IMG/VR virus record: IMGVR_UViG_3300044728_000134
Coordinates: 1-41,993 of that record
DNA length: 41,993 nucleotides
Reading direction: 5' to 3' (one strand)
Source: a virus
Taxonomy: Duplodnaviria > Caudoviricetes
The notes under the pieces are model-generated. The model was not told the DNA's origin and made no database searches. It saw nothing but the letters and a program-made list of their open reading frames with translations. Shown here in pieces: positions 1 through 8,949 of the stretch. Position 1 is the first letter of the stretch, and each line of letters begins with the position of its first letter. The position numbers and the translations under genes are program-made.

Positions 1-127
1 GCCCGCCGGCGCGGAGCCGCCGACGTGGGACGAGCCGCCCAAGATGGATTCGTTGTCGCAGTACATCCTCGAGTTCTGCCTCGAGCAGAGCCGCGGCATG
101 CTCGGCAGCAACAGCGTCACCGAGGGA
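1..127. repeat. Direct terminal repeat, copy 1 (circular assembly overlap)
   Basis: 1-127 is identical to 41867-41993; 127 bp is a common assembler k-mer length. Confidence 0.95.
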
Positions 128-967
128 AATCCCACGGCGAACATATCGAGCGGCAGCTTCGCTGTGCTGCTCGTGAACGTCGCGCAGCGGTACGCGAGCG
201 AGAACCAAGAGGCGCACGACAGCGCGATCACCGAGTCGGCGAACGACGCGCTCGAGCTCACGCGCAAGCACGCGCAAAACGGCTTCTGGGCTGACATCGC
301 GGGCCTGGGCGACGCGCCCTACGCCGAGATCATCAAGCAAGACAAGCTGAAGTCGCTGCGCCGCGTGAAGCTGGTGCGGCAGAGCCCTGTGCTCTCCACC
401 TTCCCCGGCCGGATCGAAGTGTTCGATCGCCTCGTGAAGCTGCCGAAGCGCGAGCGCGCGGACGCCGCTGATATGATGCTGACCGGTCGCATGGAGAGCT
501 TCGCCGAGCGCGACCAGGCGGCGAAGATCCGCATCCGCAAAGAGAACGAGTGGCTCCTGCAGGGCATCAACCCGGTCGTCACGATGTGGGACGACCACGC
601 GACCGAAGGCCCCGAGCACCGGATGGAGTACGACAAGGTTCGCACGATGGACCCGCCGGGCGACGGTCCGAACGGTCCGAACTACATGCTCTACCAGATG
701 ATCTGCAAGGCGTTCGACGACCACATGCTGCAGCACACGACCGCGCTCGCGCAGACGCTGATGACCAACCCGTTCGCGGCGATGGTAGCCGGCTGGGCGC
801 CACCTGCAGACGGCGGACAGCCGCAGCAGGGCGGTGGGGGCGGCGGCCTCGAGCAAGGCAACAAGCCGGCGCCAGGCGGCGGCGAGCAGGCACCGAAGGC
901 ACCCAAATCACCGAGTTCGCCGCGCGCACCCAAGGCGGGAGCAGGCGCGGCAGGGAGTGACGCATGA
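1..967 (+). CDS. Portal protein, C-terminal part (gene starts at 40653 and crosses the circular junction; about 726 aa in total)
   Basis: ORF 44..967 is in frame with the open frame from ATG 40653 through the terminal repeat; lies between terminase and scaffold/capsid; Pro/Gly-rich tail typical of P22-like portals. Confidence 0.75.
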   Translation, partial: PAGAEPPTWDEPPKMDSLSQYILEFCLEQSRGMLGSNSVTEGNPTANISSGSFAVLLVNVAQRYASENQEAHDSAITESANDALELTRKHAQNGFWADIAGLGDAPYAEIIKQDKLKSLRRVKLVRQSPVLSTFPGRIEVFDRLVKLPKRERADAADMMLTGRMESFAERDQAAKIRIRKENEWLLQGINPVVTMWDDHATEGPEHRMEYDKVRTMDPPGDGPNGPNYMLYQMICKAFDDHMLQHTTALAQTLMTNPFAAMVAGWAPPADGGQPQQGGGGGGLEQGNKPAPGGGEQAPKAPKSPSSPRAPKAGAGAAGSDA

Positions 968-2259
968 CCGAGCAAGCCGCACCAGCACCAGCAGCACCAC
1001 AGCCCAACGGCGCAGCGTCGCAGCCCGCAGCTGCGCCCCCAGCGTCCCAGCAGATCCACGCGGGCGCAGACTTCGCCGAGTTCCAGGCGCAGATCGCAGA
1101 GCGCCAAAAGCAGCGCGTGAACCAACCGCCAGCGCCGCCGAAGACCGTGCAGCCGCAGGCGAAGCAGCCCGAGGCTCCGCCCGGGCAGACGCTCGAGGAC
1201 CCAGGGCCCCAGAAGACGCTCGATCAGGTACCGGTCGAAGAGGTCGATCCGAACGCTCCGCCCGCCGAGCTCGAGCAGCAGCAGGCCGCGCCAGCGATCA
1301 GCAAGGAAGACCTGGAGCTGCTCGAGAAGTTCAAGGCGTGGCAGCGCGGCGAAGCGTTCCCCGAGGAGCTCTTGGCGAAGCTGCCCGTGCCGCTGAAGAA
1401 CGGCGAGGACGTCGAATACGAGACCTTCGAAGAGGTGAAGGCGCAGCGCATGCGCCAGCGCGACTACACGCGCAACATGCAGGCGCTCGACAAGGAGCGC
1501 GCGCAGTACAAAGAGCACCTCGGGTTCTATGAGGGCCACTTCCAAGCGATCTTCAGCGACGAAAACGACGGCGCAGCTGGCGGCGACGCCATGTACGACA
1601 TCTACACGCGTGCCGGAAAACACAAACAGCTGGCGGCGCTCGGGCAGCGACTCGCGCGCGAGGAGCAGGAAGACATCGACGGTGCAAATGGCGCCGGATA
1701 CGCCGTTCTGCAGCGGCTGAAACAGCGTGAACCCAACGTCAAGGGCAACGACTACCGCGTGCAGGAGGCCGTCAACAAAGAGTTCGAGCGTCGTAAGGCG
1801 CTACGCCAGAGCGAGGCGAGGGGACGCTCGCTCGAGATGGAAAACCAACGGCTCAAGCAGCAGACGGATCAGCGCCAGCAGCAGGAGCAGGGCGCCGAGC
1901 AGGCGCAGATGCAGCGCAAGGCGCTCGAGCAGCTGCGGCCGCGCGCGTTCGAAGCGCTCGGGCTGAACCACGAGAACCCGAAGCACCGGCAGCACTTCGA
2001 CACCTACCTGCACGCGATCATCCGGCAGGAGAACCACCAGAAGGTCAGCCCCGAGCTCGTCATGAAGGCCGCCCGAGCGGCTCTGGAGGAGATCCGCGAG
2101 GAGCAGCGTGGCGGCGGCGGGCAGACCAGGGGCGCGCCCCCACAACAGCGCACCTTCCAGCCGCAGCTCGGAGCCGGCGGCGGCAAAATCCCCGGGACGC
2201 AGCCCCAGCAGTGGCACGCGGAGAGCTTCGCCGAGCGGTTCAAGCTGCCTAGCTGGTGA
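964..2259 (+). CDS. Putative capsid scaffolding protein
   Basis: Pro/Gln-rich N-terminus, coiled-coil acidic body with 'RQRDYTRNMQAL' (DYTRK-like scaffold motif); sits between portal and capsid. Confidence 0.65.
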   Translation: MTEQAAPAPAAPQPNGAASQPAAAPPASQQIHAGADFAEFQAQIAERQKQRVNQPPAPPKTVQPQAKQPEAPPGQTLEDPGPQKTLDQVPVEEVDPNAPPAELEQQQAAPAISKEDLELLEKFKAWQRGEAFPEELLAKLPVPLKNGEDVEYETFEEVKAQRMRQRDYTRNMQALDKERAQYKEHLGFYEGHFQAIFSDENDGAAGGDAMYDIYTRAGKHKQLAALGQRLAREEQEDIDGANGAGYAVLQRLKQREPNVKGNDYRVQEAVNKEFERRKALRQSEARGRSLEMENQRLKQQTDQRQQQEQGAEQAQMQRKALEQLRPRAFEALGLNHENPKHRQHFDTYLHAIIRQENHQKVSPELVMKAARAALEEIREEQRGGGGQTRGAPPQQRTFQPQLGAGGGKIPGTQPQQWHAESFAERFKLPSW

Positions 2260-2469
2260 CCCCTAGTTGCACTCCTAGGAGCACTGTGGCAGCGTTGATG
2301 TGGCTACTGGCGGCGGTCGTCAAACCCCGGTGGTAGCTACGCATCCGGGACGAATGCTCGTGGGCGTCGTGGGAATCGCTGAGGCGAGGACCCCAATACG
2401 ATAGCTCGGCGATGACAGGACCCGAACGGACGGCGGTGAGAGCACCCCCCGTTTCGTTCGAGGTCTTCA
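2260..2469 (+). ncRNA. Candidate structured RNA leader of the major capsid gene
   Basis: 210-bp intergenic gap with several predicted stems; the last (about 2417-2467) pairs over the GAGGT RBS. Confidence 0.4.
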
Positions 2470-3816
2470 GTGGCGAACTCAACGCTGGCAGCGTTGCTGA
2501 CCACTCGCTATGGCGACTGGCAGCGGCCGATTCTGCCGCCCAACACGTTCACGATGTCGCTCCCGTTCGTCCCGAGTGACGACAAGAGCGGCCTCAACTT
2601 CTCCATGCCGATCATGGTTGCGATCTCGCAAGGTGCGACGGTCGACAACACCGGCAACGTCATCACGCTGAAAGGTTCGCGCTCCGGCAAGAACCTTCAG
2701 GCCGTGCTCGATGGCGTCAACCTCTACATGCAGGAGCAGCTCAGCTACTCCGACTTGATGAAGATGTCCAACGGGGCATCTGAGTCGGGGAACGCTGCGG
2801 CGTACCAGAGCGGACCCGACTGGGTCTACTACTCGATGCTGCTCGGTCTGCAGCATCACAGCGAGATGATGGCCCTGTACGGCGCCGGCACCGCGGCGAC
2901 CATGGGCTCGGACATCGGCGTGATCGATGCGACTCCAGTCGCGGCGGGCGGGCCGAACTACAACTCCGCGACCGATCCCACGGTGCGCATCACCGGCGCG
3001 AGCTGGTCGCGCTTGCTGTGGATGAACAGCGGCGGCGGAGGCGATGCCGACAAGGGCATGCTCGTCGACATTTACCAGTCGGACGGCACGACCCTGCGGA
3101 CCACGAACATCCGCATCGTGGGCGTTGCCGACCCGAACAAGTGTCAGGTCGTCATGGACGCGACCGCGGGCTCGTCCACTCCGGGCGCAGCTGTCACCGC
3201 GGGCGATCGCATCGTGCCGGCGGGCTGGGTGGGCGCGAGCGCGCTCGGCGTCAGCGGCATCATGCAGACGATCGGTACGTTCGCAACGATCGACAACACG
3301 TCGGTTCCGCAGTGGCGCCCGCAGCGCTTCGACTGCGGCGCCGTCGCGATCTCGTTCGACCTGTTGCAGCAGTTCGCCGGCAAGCTCCGCGGCAACGGCT
3401 TCAACAAGGGCGTCTTCGACGTCTGGGCCGCTCCGCCGGTCATGGCCGTGCTGACCAACTCGCTGTTCTCGCTGTCGCGCTGGAACGACAACTCGGGCCG
3501 CGACCTGAAGGTCACCGGCACGGGTGCGCTCGAGGTCGACACGCAGATCGGCAAGTTCGTTCTGCACAGCTACGGCTACATCAAGCAGGGTGAGATCCTG
3601 GTGATGGCGCGCGGCGAGGCTGTGCGCATCGGCGCCGCCGAGCAGCGACAAGAGGGCGTCAACGGCGAGGGCCTCGTGCTCGAGCTGCAAGGCCAGAGCG
3701 GAACCGAGATGCGTGCGATGGCGCAGTTCGCGCCGATCCTGAAGAAGCCTCTGTTCTCGGGTCGCATGTTCAACTTCACGGTTTCTGCCGGCGGTTACGA
3801 CATCCCCGCGAACTGA
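2470..3816 (+). CDS. Major capsid protein
   Basis: 448 aa, GTG start with GAGGT RBS, follows scaffold, strong codon bias, followed by a strong hairpin. Confidence 0.75.
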   Translation: MANSTLAALLTTRYGDWQRPILPPNTFTMSLPFVPSDDKSGLNFSMPIMVAISQGATVDNTGNVITLKGSRSGKNLQAVLDGVNLYMQEQLSYSDLMKMSNGASESGNAAAYQSGPDWVYYSMLLGLQHHSEMMALYGAGTAATMGSDIGVIDATPVAAGGPNYNSATDPTVRITGASWSRLLWMNSGGGGDADKGMLVDIYQSDGTTLRTTNIRIVGVADPNKCQVVMDATAGSSTPGAAVTAGDRIVPAGWVGASALGVSGIMQTIGTFATIDNTSVPQWRPQRFDCGAVAISFDLLQQFAGKLRGNGFNKGVFDVWAAPPVMAVLTNSLFSLSRWNDNSGRDLKVTGTGALEVDTQIGKFVLHSYGYIKQGEILVMARGEAVRIGAAEQRQEGVNGEGLVLELQGQSGTEMRAMAQFAPILKKPLFSGRMFNFTVSAGGYDIPAN

Positions 3817-3825
3817 ATCACCCCG

Positions 3826-3863
3826 GGCCGGCCGAGAGTTTCCCGCTTTTCTCTCGGCCGGCC
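3826..3863 (+). terminator. Strong hairpin after the capsid gene (terminator or attenuator)
   Basis: Perfect 13-bp stem GGCCGGCCGAGAG / CTCTCGGCCGGCC followed by gctgttt. Confidence 0.6.
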
Positions 3864-3880
3864 GCTGTTTCGGAGGCAAC

Positions 3881-4363
3881 TTGGACCCCTTCACCATCGC
3901 AGCACTCGGGCTCGGAGCTGGTGGCGCGCTGTACGGCGCGATCTCGGGCGCGTCCGAGAAGGAAAAGCAGAAGGAAGAGTTTCTGCGCCGCGAGCGTGAA
4001 CTGGCGCAGCGGACCGCGTTGCGTGGCTCGCGCAAGACAGGCTTCTTCGACCCGCGCTCGATCGACGCGAACTATCGCAAGCAGGACGTCGCGCGCGCCG
4101 CCGAAGAGAACTTCAAGACCGAGCCGGCGGACTTCCTGCCGTTCGTCCAGAGCGCGACGCAGCTCGCGGGCGGCATCTACGACGCTGCGAACGCGCCCGC
4201 CAAGAAGCCGCAGCTGCCGCCTCCGAGCGCGCTGCAGGCCTACGACTACTCGCCGAGCGGCCCGCCGGGCAGTGGACTCGGTGACGCTCTCCGCGGCGCC
4301 TACGGGCCTTACGAAGAGGACCCGCTGATGCAGAACCGCAACCGCTGGTCGGGGCTCGCTTGA
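3881..4363 (+). CDS. Virion protein, small ejection-protein-like
   Basis: TTG start with GGAGG RBS; N-terminal 'DPFTIAALGLGAGGALYGAISG' Gly/Ala segment resembles podovirus internal virion proteins. Confidence 0.5.
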   Translation: MDPFTIAALGLGAGGALYGAISGASEKEKQKEEFLRRERELAQRTALRGSRKTGFFDPRSIDANYRKQDVARAAEENFKTEPADFLPFVQSATQLAGGIYDAANAPAKKPQLPPPSALQAYDYSPSGPPGSGLGDALRGAYGPYEEDPLMQNRNRWSGLA

Positions 4364-5328
4364 GGTCGGACGAGCTCGAGGCGCGAGCGCGCGAAGCGGC
4401 CGACATCGGCAGCGTCGCTGCGTGGCCAGACTGGTCGCTGGCCAAGATCCTCCGAATCATGAGCGCTCGTCACAAGACGCTCATGGGCGACGAAGAGATT
4501 CGCGCGCGTGCGGGCTACGGCAGCCAGAAGCAGGTGCTGGCGTGCATCGTGGGTCAGGAACTGTACCCCGTGCCCAGCCGAGCGATCGGCGGCGCGCTCG
4601 AGAAGGTCGAGATCCAGCTGCCCGGACAGACGCGCTGGGAGCGCTTGGGCAAGGTCGAGACCACCGGCGCAGAGGAGTACGACCTCGGCGTCACGAAGCC
4701 TGGGCGCCCGCTGCGCTTCCTCATCCTCGACGGCTTCGTGCAGCTGCTGCCGTCGCCCGACACCACCTATCCGCTGCGCTTCACGTTCTACGTGAGGCCG
4801 AGCAACATCGTCCAGTCGCAGAGCTCGACGCTCGGCGGCGATGGCGTCGTGCGCGGACTCATCGCCAACGCCGGCTCGATCAACGTCGTCGCGCGCACGG
4901 TCACCGTCAACGTCGTGCCGTTCAACCAGCTGGCTGTTCCGCCGGCAGTCATCCCCGGCGGCAACGTGACGATCGACATCGTCCGTCCCGCCGGCACATA
5001 CGCGCTCGCCATGTACAGCGTCCCGGCCGTGCTCGCAGGCTCGGTGTTCACGCTCGGCGGCACGGACAGCATGGCGCGCATCCTGCCCGGAGACTTCGTA
5101 CGCGTCGAAGACCAAACCGACTGGCCGATGGGCTTGCCGGAGGAGTCGCATGAGATGGTGGCGATCCGCACGGCGATGGAAATCGCGCGCGACATCGGCG
5201 TCGACGAGAAGGTCGCGATGCTCGGCTCGCTCGTGTCGGCCGACCTCGAGCGTTTCCGCACTGCGCGCGATCCGCAGGTCAAGAGCGCACCGAAGATCGT
5301 CCCGCTAAGGCCGATGAGCCGCCGATGA
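4360..5328 (+). CDS. Putative head-tail adaptor (tail tubular protein A-like)
   Basis: 'GQELYPVP...GRPLRFLILDGFVQLLPSPDTTYPLRFTFYVRP' and C-terminal 'LPEESHEMVA' match the adaptor pattern; position after capsid. Confidence 0.6.
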   Translation: MRSDELEARAREAADIGSVAAWPDWSLAKILRIMSARHKTLMGDEEIRARAGYGSQKQVLACIVGQELYPVPSRAIGGALEKVEIQLPGQTRWERLGKVETTGAEEYDLGVTKPGRPLRFLILDGFVQLLPSPDTTYPLRFTFYVRPSNIVQSQSSTLGGDGVVRGLIANAGSINVVARTVTVNVVPFNQLAVPPAVIPGGNVTIDIVRPAGTYALAMYSVPAVLAGSVFTLGGTDSMARILPGDFVRVEDQTDWPMGLPEESHEMVAIRTAMEIARDIGVDEKVAMLGSLVSADLERFRTARDPQVKSAPKIVPLRPMSRR

Positions 5329-6080
5329 CGTTCGCGAAACCAGGCATCTTGCGGCTCATCCCCTCCGGGCCAAATCCGGTGATCTGGGACTATCAGCAGC
5401 TGCTGGCTGGCAAGCTTCGCGCGGCGTGGGACGCGCGCGAGGGCGGCGAGTTCGCGCCAGGCCTTTGGGTCTCACATCGCGACGTCGTGTCGGGGCTGCG
5501 CGTCGTCGCGCCATCGGACGCGGAGCGCCCGCTTTGCGTCGCGGATGGCAGCAACTTTCGCGGCCAGCGCGTGATCGGCATCACGCAGACAAACAATCGG
5601 AGAATGGTCACGCAGGCCATGCCGAATGTTGTCCCTGTGGCGGCGCGGCCCGAGGTCTTCATGGTCGCGCGGCTTCCGAACGGCGCCGCTCAGTCGGGGA
5701 ATCTCTGCGGATGCGCCGATGCTGGCGCCGGCAGCACTGCGGGCGCGTCGCTCTGGGCGAACGGGTCGGGCGGACTGAACGCGATCGTTGGCTCGGTGGC
5801 GATGGGCGCCGCGTATGCGGACACTGCGAACGTCCACCTGTTCACCGCGGCGAATGAGGGAGCCACCAGCAGGTTCCTGATCGACAACGCGCCGTTCGCA
5901 TCCACCACCGGCGCAGGCGCCGCGCTCGCGACCACGCAGGCGGCTGTCGGTGGCTTCGCTACCGGCTTCACGGCAACGGTGAACGCGTTCGTTGCGCTCT
6001 GGGGCATCGTCTGCCCAGCGATGACCGACGCAGAGCGCGCGCAGCTGCTCGAGATCGCAAGAAACGATTGGGCGTTCTGA
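5325..6080 (+). CDS. Lectin/LamG-like virion protein (paralog of 15940-16740)
   Basis: WDA...AP....RPL...D.S pattern shared with 15940-16740; beta-rich. Confidence 0.5.
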   Translation: MTFAKPGILRLIPSGPNPVIWDYQQLLAGKLRAAWDAREGGEFAPGLWVSHRDVVSGLRVVAPSDAERPLCVADGSNFRGQRVIGITQTNNRRMVTQAMPNVVPVAARPEVFMVARLPNGAAQSGNLCGCADAGAGSTAGASLWANGSGGLNAIVGSVAMGAAYADTANVHLFTAANEGATSRFLIDNAPFASTTGAGAALATTQAAVGGFATGFTATVNAFVALWGIVCPAMTDAERAQLLEIARNDWAF

Positions 6081-8578
6081 TGGGCCTATTCCTCCCACGT
6101 CAGAGCATCCTGGTGCCGATCGGCTTGGTCACGCAGCCGAATCAGTACGCGCAGTATCCGAGCGGCGCCGGCAAGGTCGTCCGCAACCTGGTCATGCGCA
6201 ACCCGGGCGAGCTCGTCCAGGCGCCCGACGTGCAGGGCGTGACCGGCGTCGGCAACGTCAACGACGTATTGCAAAAGCTCATCCCGCTGGACTCTGGGCA
6301 CGTCTACACGCTGCACCAGAACGGATCGACGTGGACCGTGCGCGAGGCAAACCTCGGGGCGTTCGGGCCTACCGCAGACGCGTTCTCGAGCACGGGGCGC
6401 ATCTCGTGGACGCGCGCAGCAGAGCGGCTGGTGCTGAACTGCGAGTTCGACACGCTCATCGGCGACTTCATGGCGCCGACCACAGTTGCAGAGCGGCAGC
6501 TGCGCAGCGCAGGCCTGCCACAGCCAACGTTTACCGGAGCTAACCCGACGGAGCCTGGCGTTGGTTGGCTCAGCGCCGGGCAGATGGTCGGCTACTGCTT
6601 TTGTTTCACGCGCGAGTTGAGCAACGGCTACGTGCTCCGAAGCACGCCGAGCGTGGCCTGGAAAGTCTTCCTGAACTCCACGCACACAACTCCGCCGTAC
6701 AACGTGAGCGTCGGCGTCAAGTGGTCCGGCGGCAACATCCTCGCCGGTGACAAGGTCGAGGTCTATCGCACCGACATTCTGAACACGGACAGTGCGAACG
6801 CGGATCCTGGAGCAACGTTCAAGCGGGTTCTATCGCACACGGTTACGTCAGCGGAGCAGGCTGGTGGCAGCACCAGCGGCATCGTCGATCGGCAGCCGCC
6901 GTTTCAGGGGACGCCCGTCACTCCCGGCGAGGAGCTCTACACGAATCCCGGCCAAGAGGGAGAGCTCTACGCGAACCGCAGGCCGCCGATCGCGAAGTGC
7001 ATCGACAGCTTCAAAGGCTTTGCGTTCTACGACTACACCACCGAGCGCGCGCAGTGGCGCTTCGCTGTGCCCGGAGGATTCGGCGCGCAGAACGAAGCGG
7101 TCGACGCGGGCGTCTCGGTCGAGACGCACAAGCTCAGCGGCATCGGCACGCGGACCATCACCGGGACCGTGACGATCGGGTCGCCCACTGTCACCGGCAT
7201 CTCTGCTGCCGACATGGTGGGGCTGGTCACGGGCCAGCAGATCACCGGCACGGGCTTCCCCGCGGGCGCCACGATCATCGCTGTAGGCGCGACCACCATC
7301 ACGTTCGGCGTCAACGCCAACGCCGCGCCGGCATCGATTTCTGTGATGGACGTGCTCGAGCTCAACGGTGTGAAGACCGGCATCTTCGATGCCTATAACT
7401 GGCTCGTCAGCATCGGCGCAGCGTGGGAGGTCGTCTGCTCCATTACGATTCCAGTGCTCTCGCCGCGGTACATCCTCGCGTTCGAGATGTCGCTGGAGCC
7501 GAACAACTCGCCGTTCAACTCCAGCATCACGGTGCGCGGCACCAACGGACAGAACTACTCGCCGCCCATTCCCCTGATCGCTGCGACCGTCGCCACCTTC
7601 ACGCCGACCACGATCCGCAACCGCTTCCAGTGGTCCAAGGAACAGCAGCCGGAGCACTGCCCGTCAGTGAGCGAGGGCTTCGCCGGCTTCGGCGAGGTCT
7701 ACGCGACGGTCAGCACGCGCGACGCGCATTGGAAGTGGTGCTCTGACGGCCTGTTCCGTCTGAGCGGCGACGCTGGCGCGCTCGGGCTCGGCAACTGGCA
7801 GATCGACTTCGCGAACAGCACGCTGATCATCGCCGGGCCGCAGGCGGTGTGTGCGCTGAATGAGTTTCAGTACGCGTACACGAACGTAGGCTTCGTCGAA
7901 GTCGACAGCGCAGGCACCGTCGTCAACCTCACGGACAAGATTATCGGCGACCTGCTGCCGGGGCAGAAGTACACCGAGACGCGCAAGATCGTCGTCGCGC
8001 GCAACGAGACCGACGAGGAGGTCGTGCTCATCCTCGGCGACAACGGTTCGGACAGTTCCGACACGGTCTATGTGTTCAACACGAAGCAGCGCTCTTGGAC
8101 CACGCTCGGCAGCAACGGCGCGAACCTGTCGAAGATCACGGCGATGGAGATGCAGCGCTCGCCGAGCTCGGGCGAGCCGCGGCTACTGTTCGGCGTGACA
8201 CCACTCGGCGGCGTCGCTCCGAGCTACAGCGGCTGGAACAGCCCGAGCGCATTCCTCGCCTATCAGTGCCGCTATCAGCCGATCTACGGCGACGACCCGC
8301 TCGAGCTAAAGCGCTGGCTGTGGGCCGACTACCTGTTCGACACGAGCTCGAACGGCAAGTTGATCACGCCGGAGTGGAACGGCATCGCGTTCGGCGGCAG
8401 CGTGGCGATCGAAACCCTCGACCAGGGCGGCTACGCGCGCGCCGGCTGCCCGCGCGAGGTCGGCCTGTCGCAAAGCATCAGCGCCGGCTTCAGCGGGCCG
8501 TCAGGCGCCACGCAGATGCGCTTCCAGGGCCTGAGCGTGCCCGTCAAGCAGCGCACCAACCAGAGCAAGAAACGATGA
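6080..8578 (+). CDS. Putative tail nozzle / stabilisation protein (tail tubular B or P22 gp10-like)
   Basis: About 832 aa, beta-rich; 'NRFQWSKEQQPEHCP' and 'TVYVFNTKQRSWTT' resemble podovirus nozzle proteins; internal 'GTVTIGSPTVTGI...GQQITGTGFPAGATI' insert. Confidence 0.6.
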   Translation: MGLFLPRQSILVPIGLVTQPNQYAQYPSGAGKVVRNLVMRNPGELVQAPDVQGVTGVGNVNDVLQKLIPLDSGHVYTLHQNGSTWTVREANLGAFGPTADAFSSTGRISWTRAAERLVLNCEFDTLIGDFMAPTTVAERQLRSAGLPQPTFTGANPTEPGVGWLSAGQMVGYCFCFTRELSNGYVLRSTPSVAWKVFLNSTHTTPPYNVSVGVKWSGGNILAGDKVEVYRTDILNTDSANADPGATFKRVLSHTVTSAEQAGGSTSGIVDRQPPFQGTPVTPGEELYTNPGQEGELYANRRPPIAKCIDSFKGFAFYDYTTERAQWRFAVPGGFGAQNEAVDAGVSVETHKLSGIGTRTITGTVTIGSPTVTGISAADMVGLVTGQQITGTGFPAGATIIAVGATTITFGVNANAAPASISVMDVLELNGVKTGIFDAYNWLVSIGAAWEVVCSITIPVLSPRYILAFEMSLEPNNSPFNSSITVRGTNGQNYSPPIPLIAATVATFTPTTIRNRFQWSKEQQPEHCPSVSEGFAGFGEVYATVSTRDAHWKWCSDGLFRLSGDAGALGLGNWQIDFANSTLIIAGPQAVCALNEFQYAYTNVGFVEVDSAGTVVNLTDKIIGDLLPGQKYTETRKIVVARNETDEEVVLILGDNGSDSSDTVYVFNTKQRSWTTLGSNGANLSKITAMEMQRSPSSGEPRLLFGVTPLGGVAPSYSGWNSPSAFLAYQCRYQPIYGDDPLELKRWLWADYLFDTSSNGKLITPEWNGIAFGGSVAIETLDQGGYARAGCPREVGLSQSISAGFSGPSGATQMRFQGLSVPVKQRTNQSKKR

Positions 8579-8949
8579 GAAGCCAGCCCCGAATCCGGCA
8601 CCAGCTCGGCCGCGACGTGACGCTCGGCGAGCAGATGCGCGACGCTCAAAAGGGCCTCGACGTCATCCCGGTGACCGTGCTGCGCAAGCTGCAGATGCGG
8701 TACACGGAGCCGCTCGTGCTCGGCGGCTTCGAGCGCTCGCCCGAGGCGATCGAGGCGCTGCGCGTGGTCTCCATGGCGGACCAGGAGAACGCGCTCCTGT
8801 GCGGCGGCATGTGCCACTTCGCGTGGCGGCCGAACAAGGGCGGAGCGCAGATCACGTCGATCGACGGGATGAGCATCGCAGCCAACGGCGGCAAGGACTA
8901 CCGCTTCACGTTCCGCATCACCTTCGAGCCGACCGCAGGAGGCCGCTGA
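8575..8949 (+). CDS. Hypothetical virion protein
   Basis: ATGA overlap with the upstream stop; 124 aa. Confidence 0.55.
   Translation: MRSQPRIRHQLGRDVTLGEQMRDAQKGLDVIPVTVLRKLQMRYTEPLVLGGFERSPEAIEALRVVSMADQENALLCGGMCHFAWRPNKGGAQITSIDGMSIAANGGKDYRFTFRITFEPTAGGR

Noticed and set aside
1-127. Terminal repeat as the physical genome ends
   Set aside because: It falls in the middle of the portal gene and its length matches an assembler k-mer, so it is most likely an assembly overlap
2479-4035. Long antisense ORFs (for example 2479-4035, 8959-10479, 14543-15847, 37812-38888, 40584-41738)
   Set aside because: Shadow frames of GC-rich sense genes with no motifs or RBS
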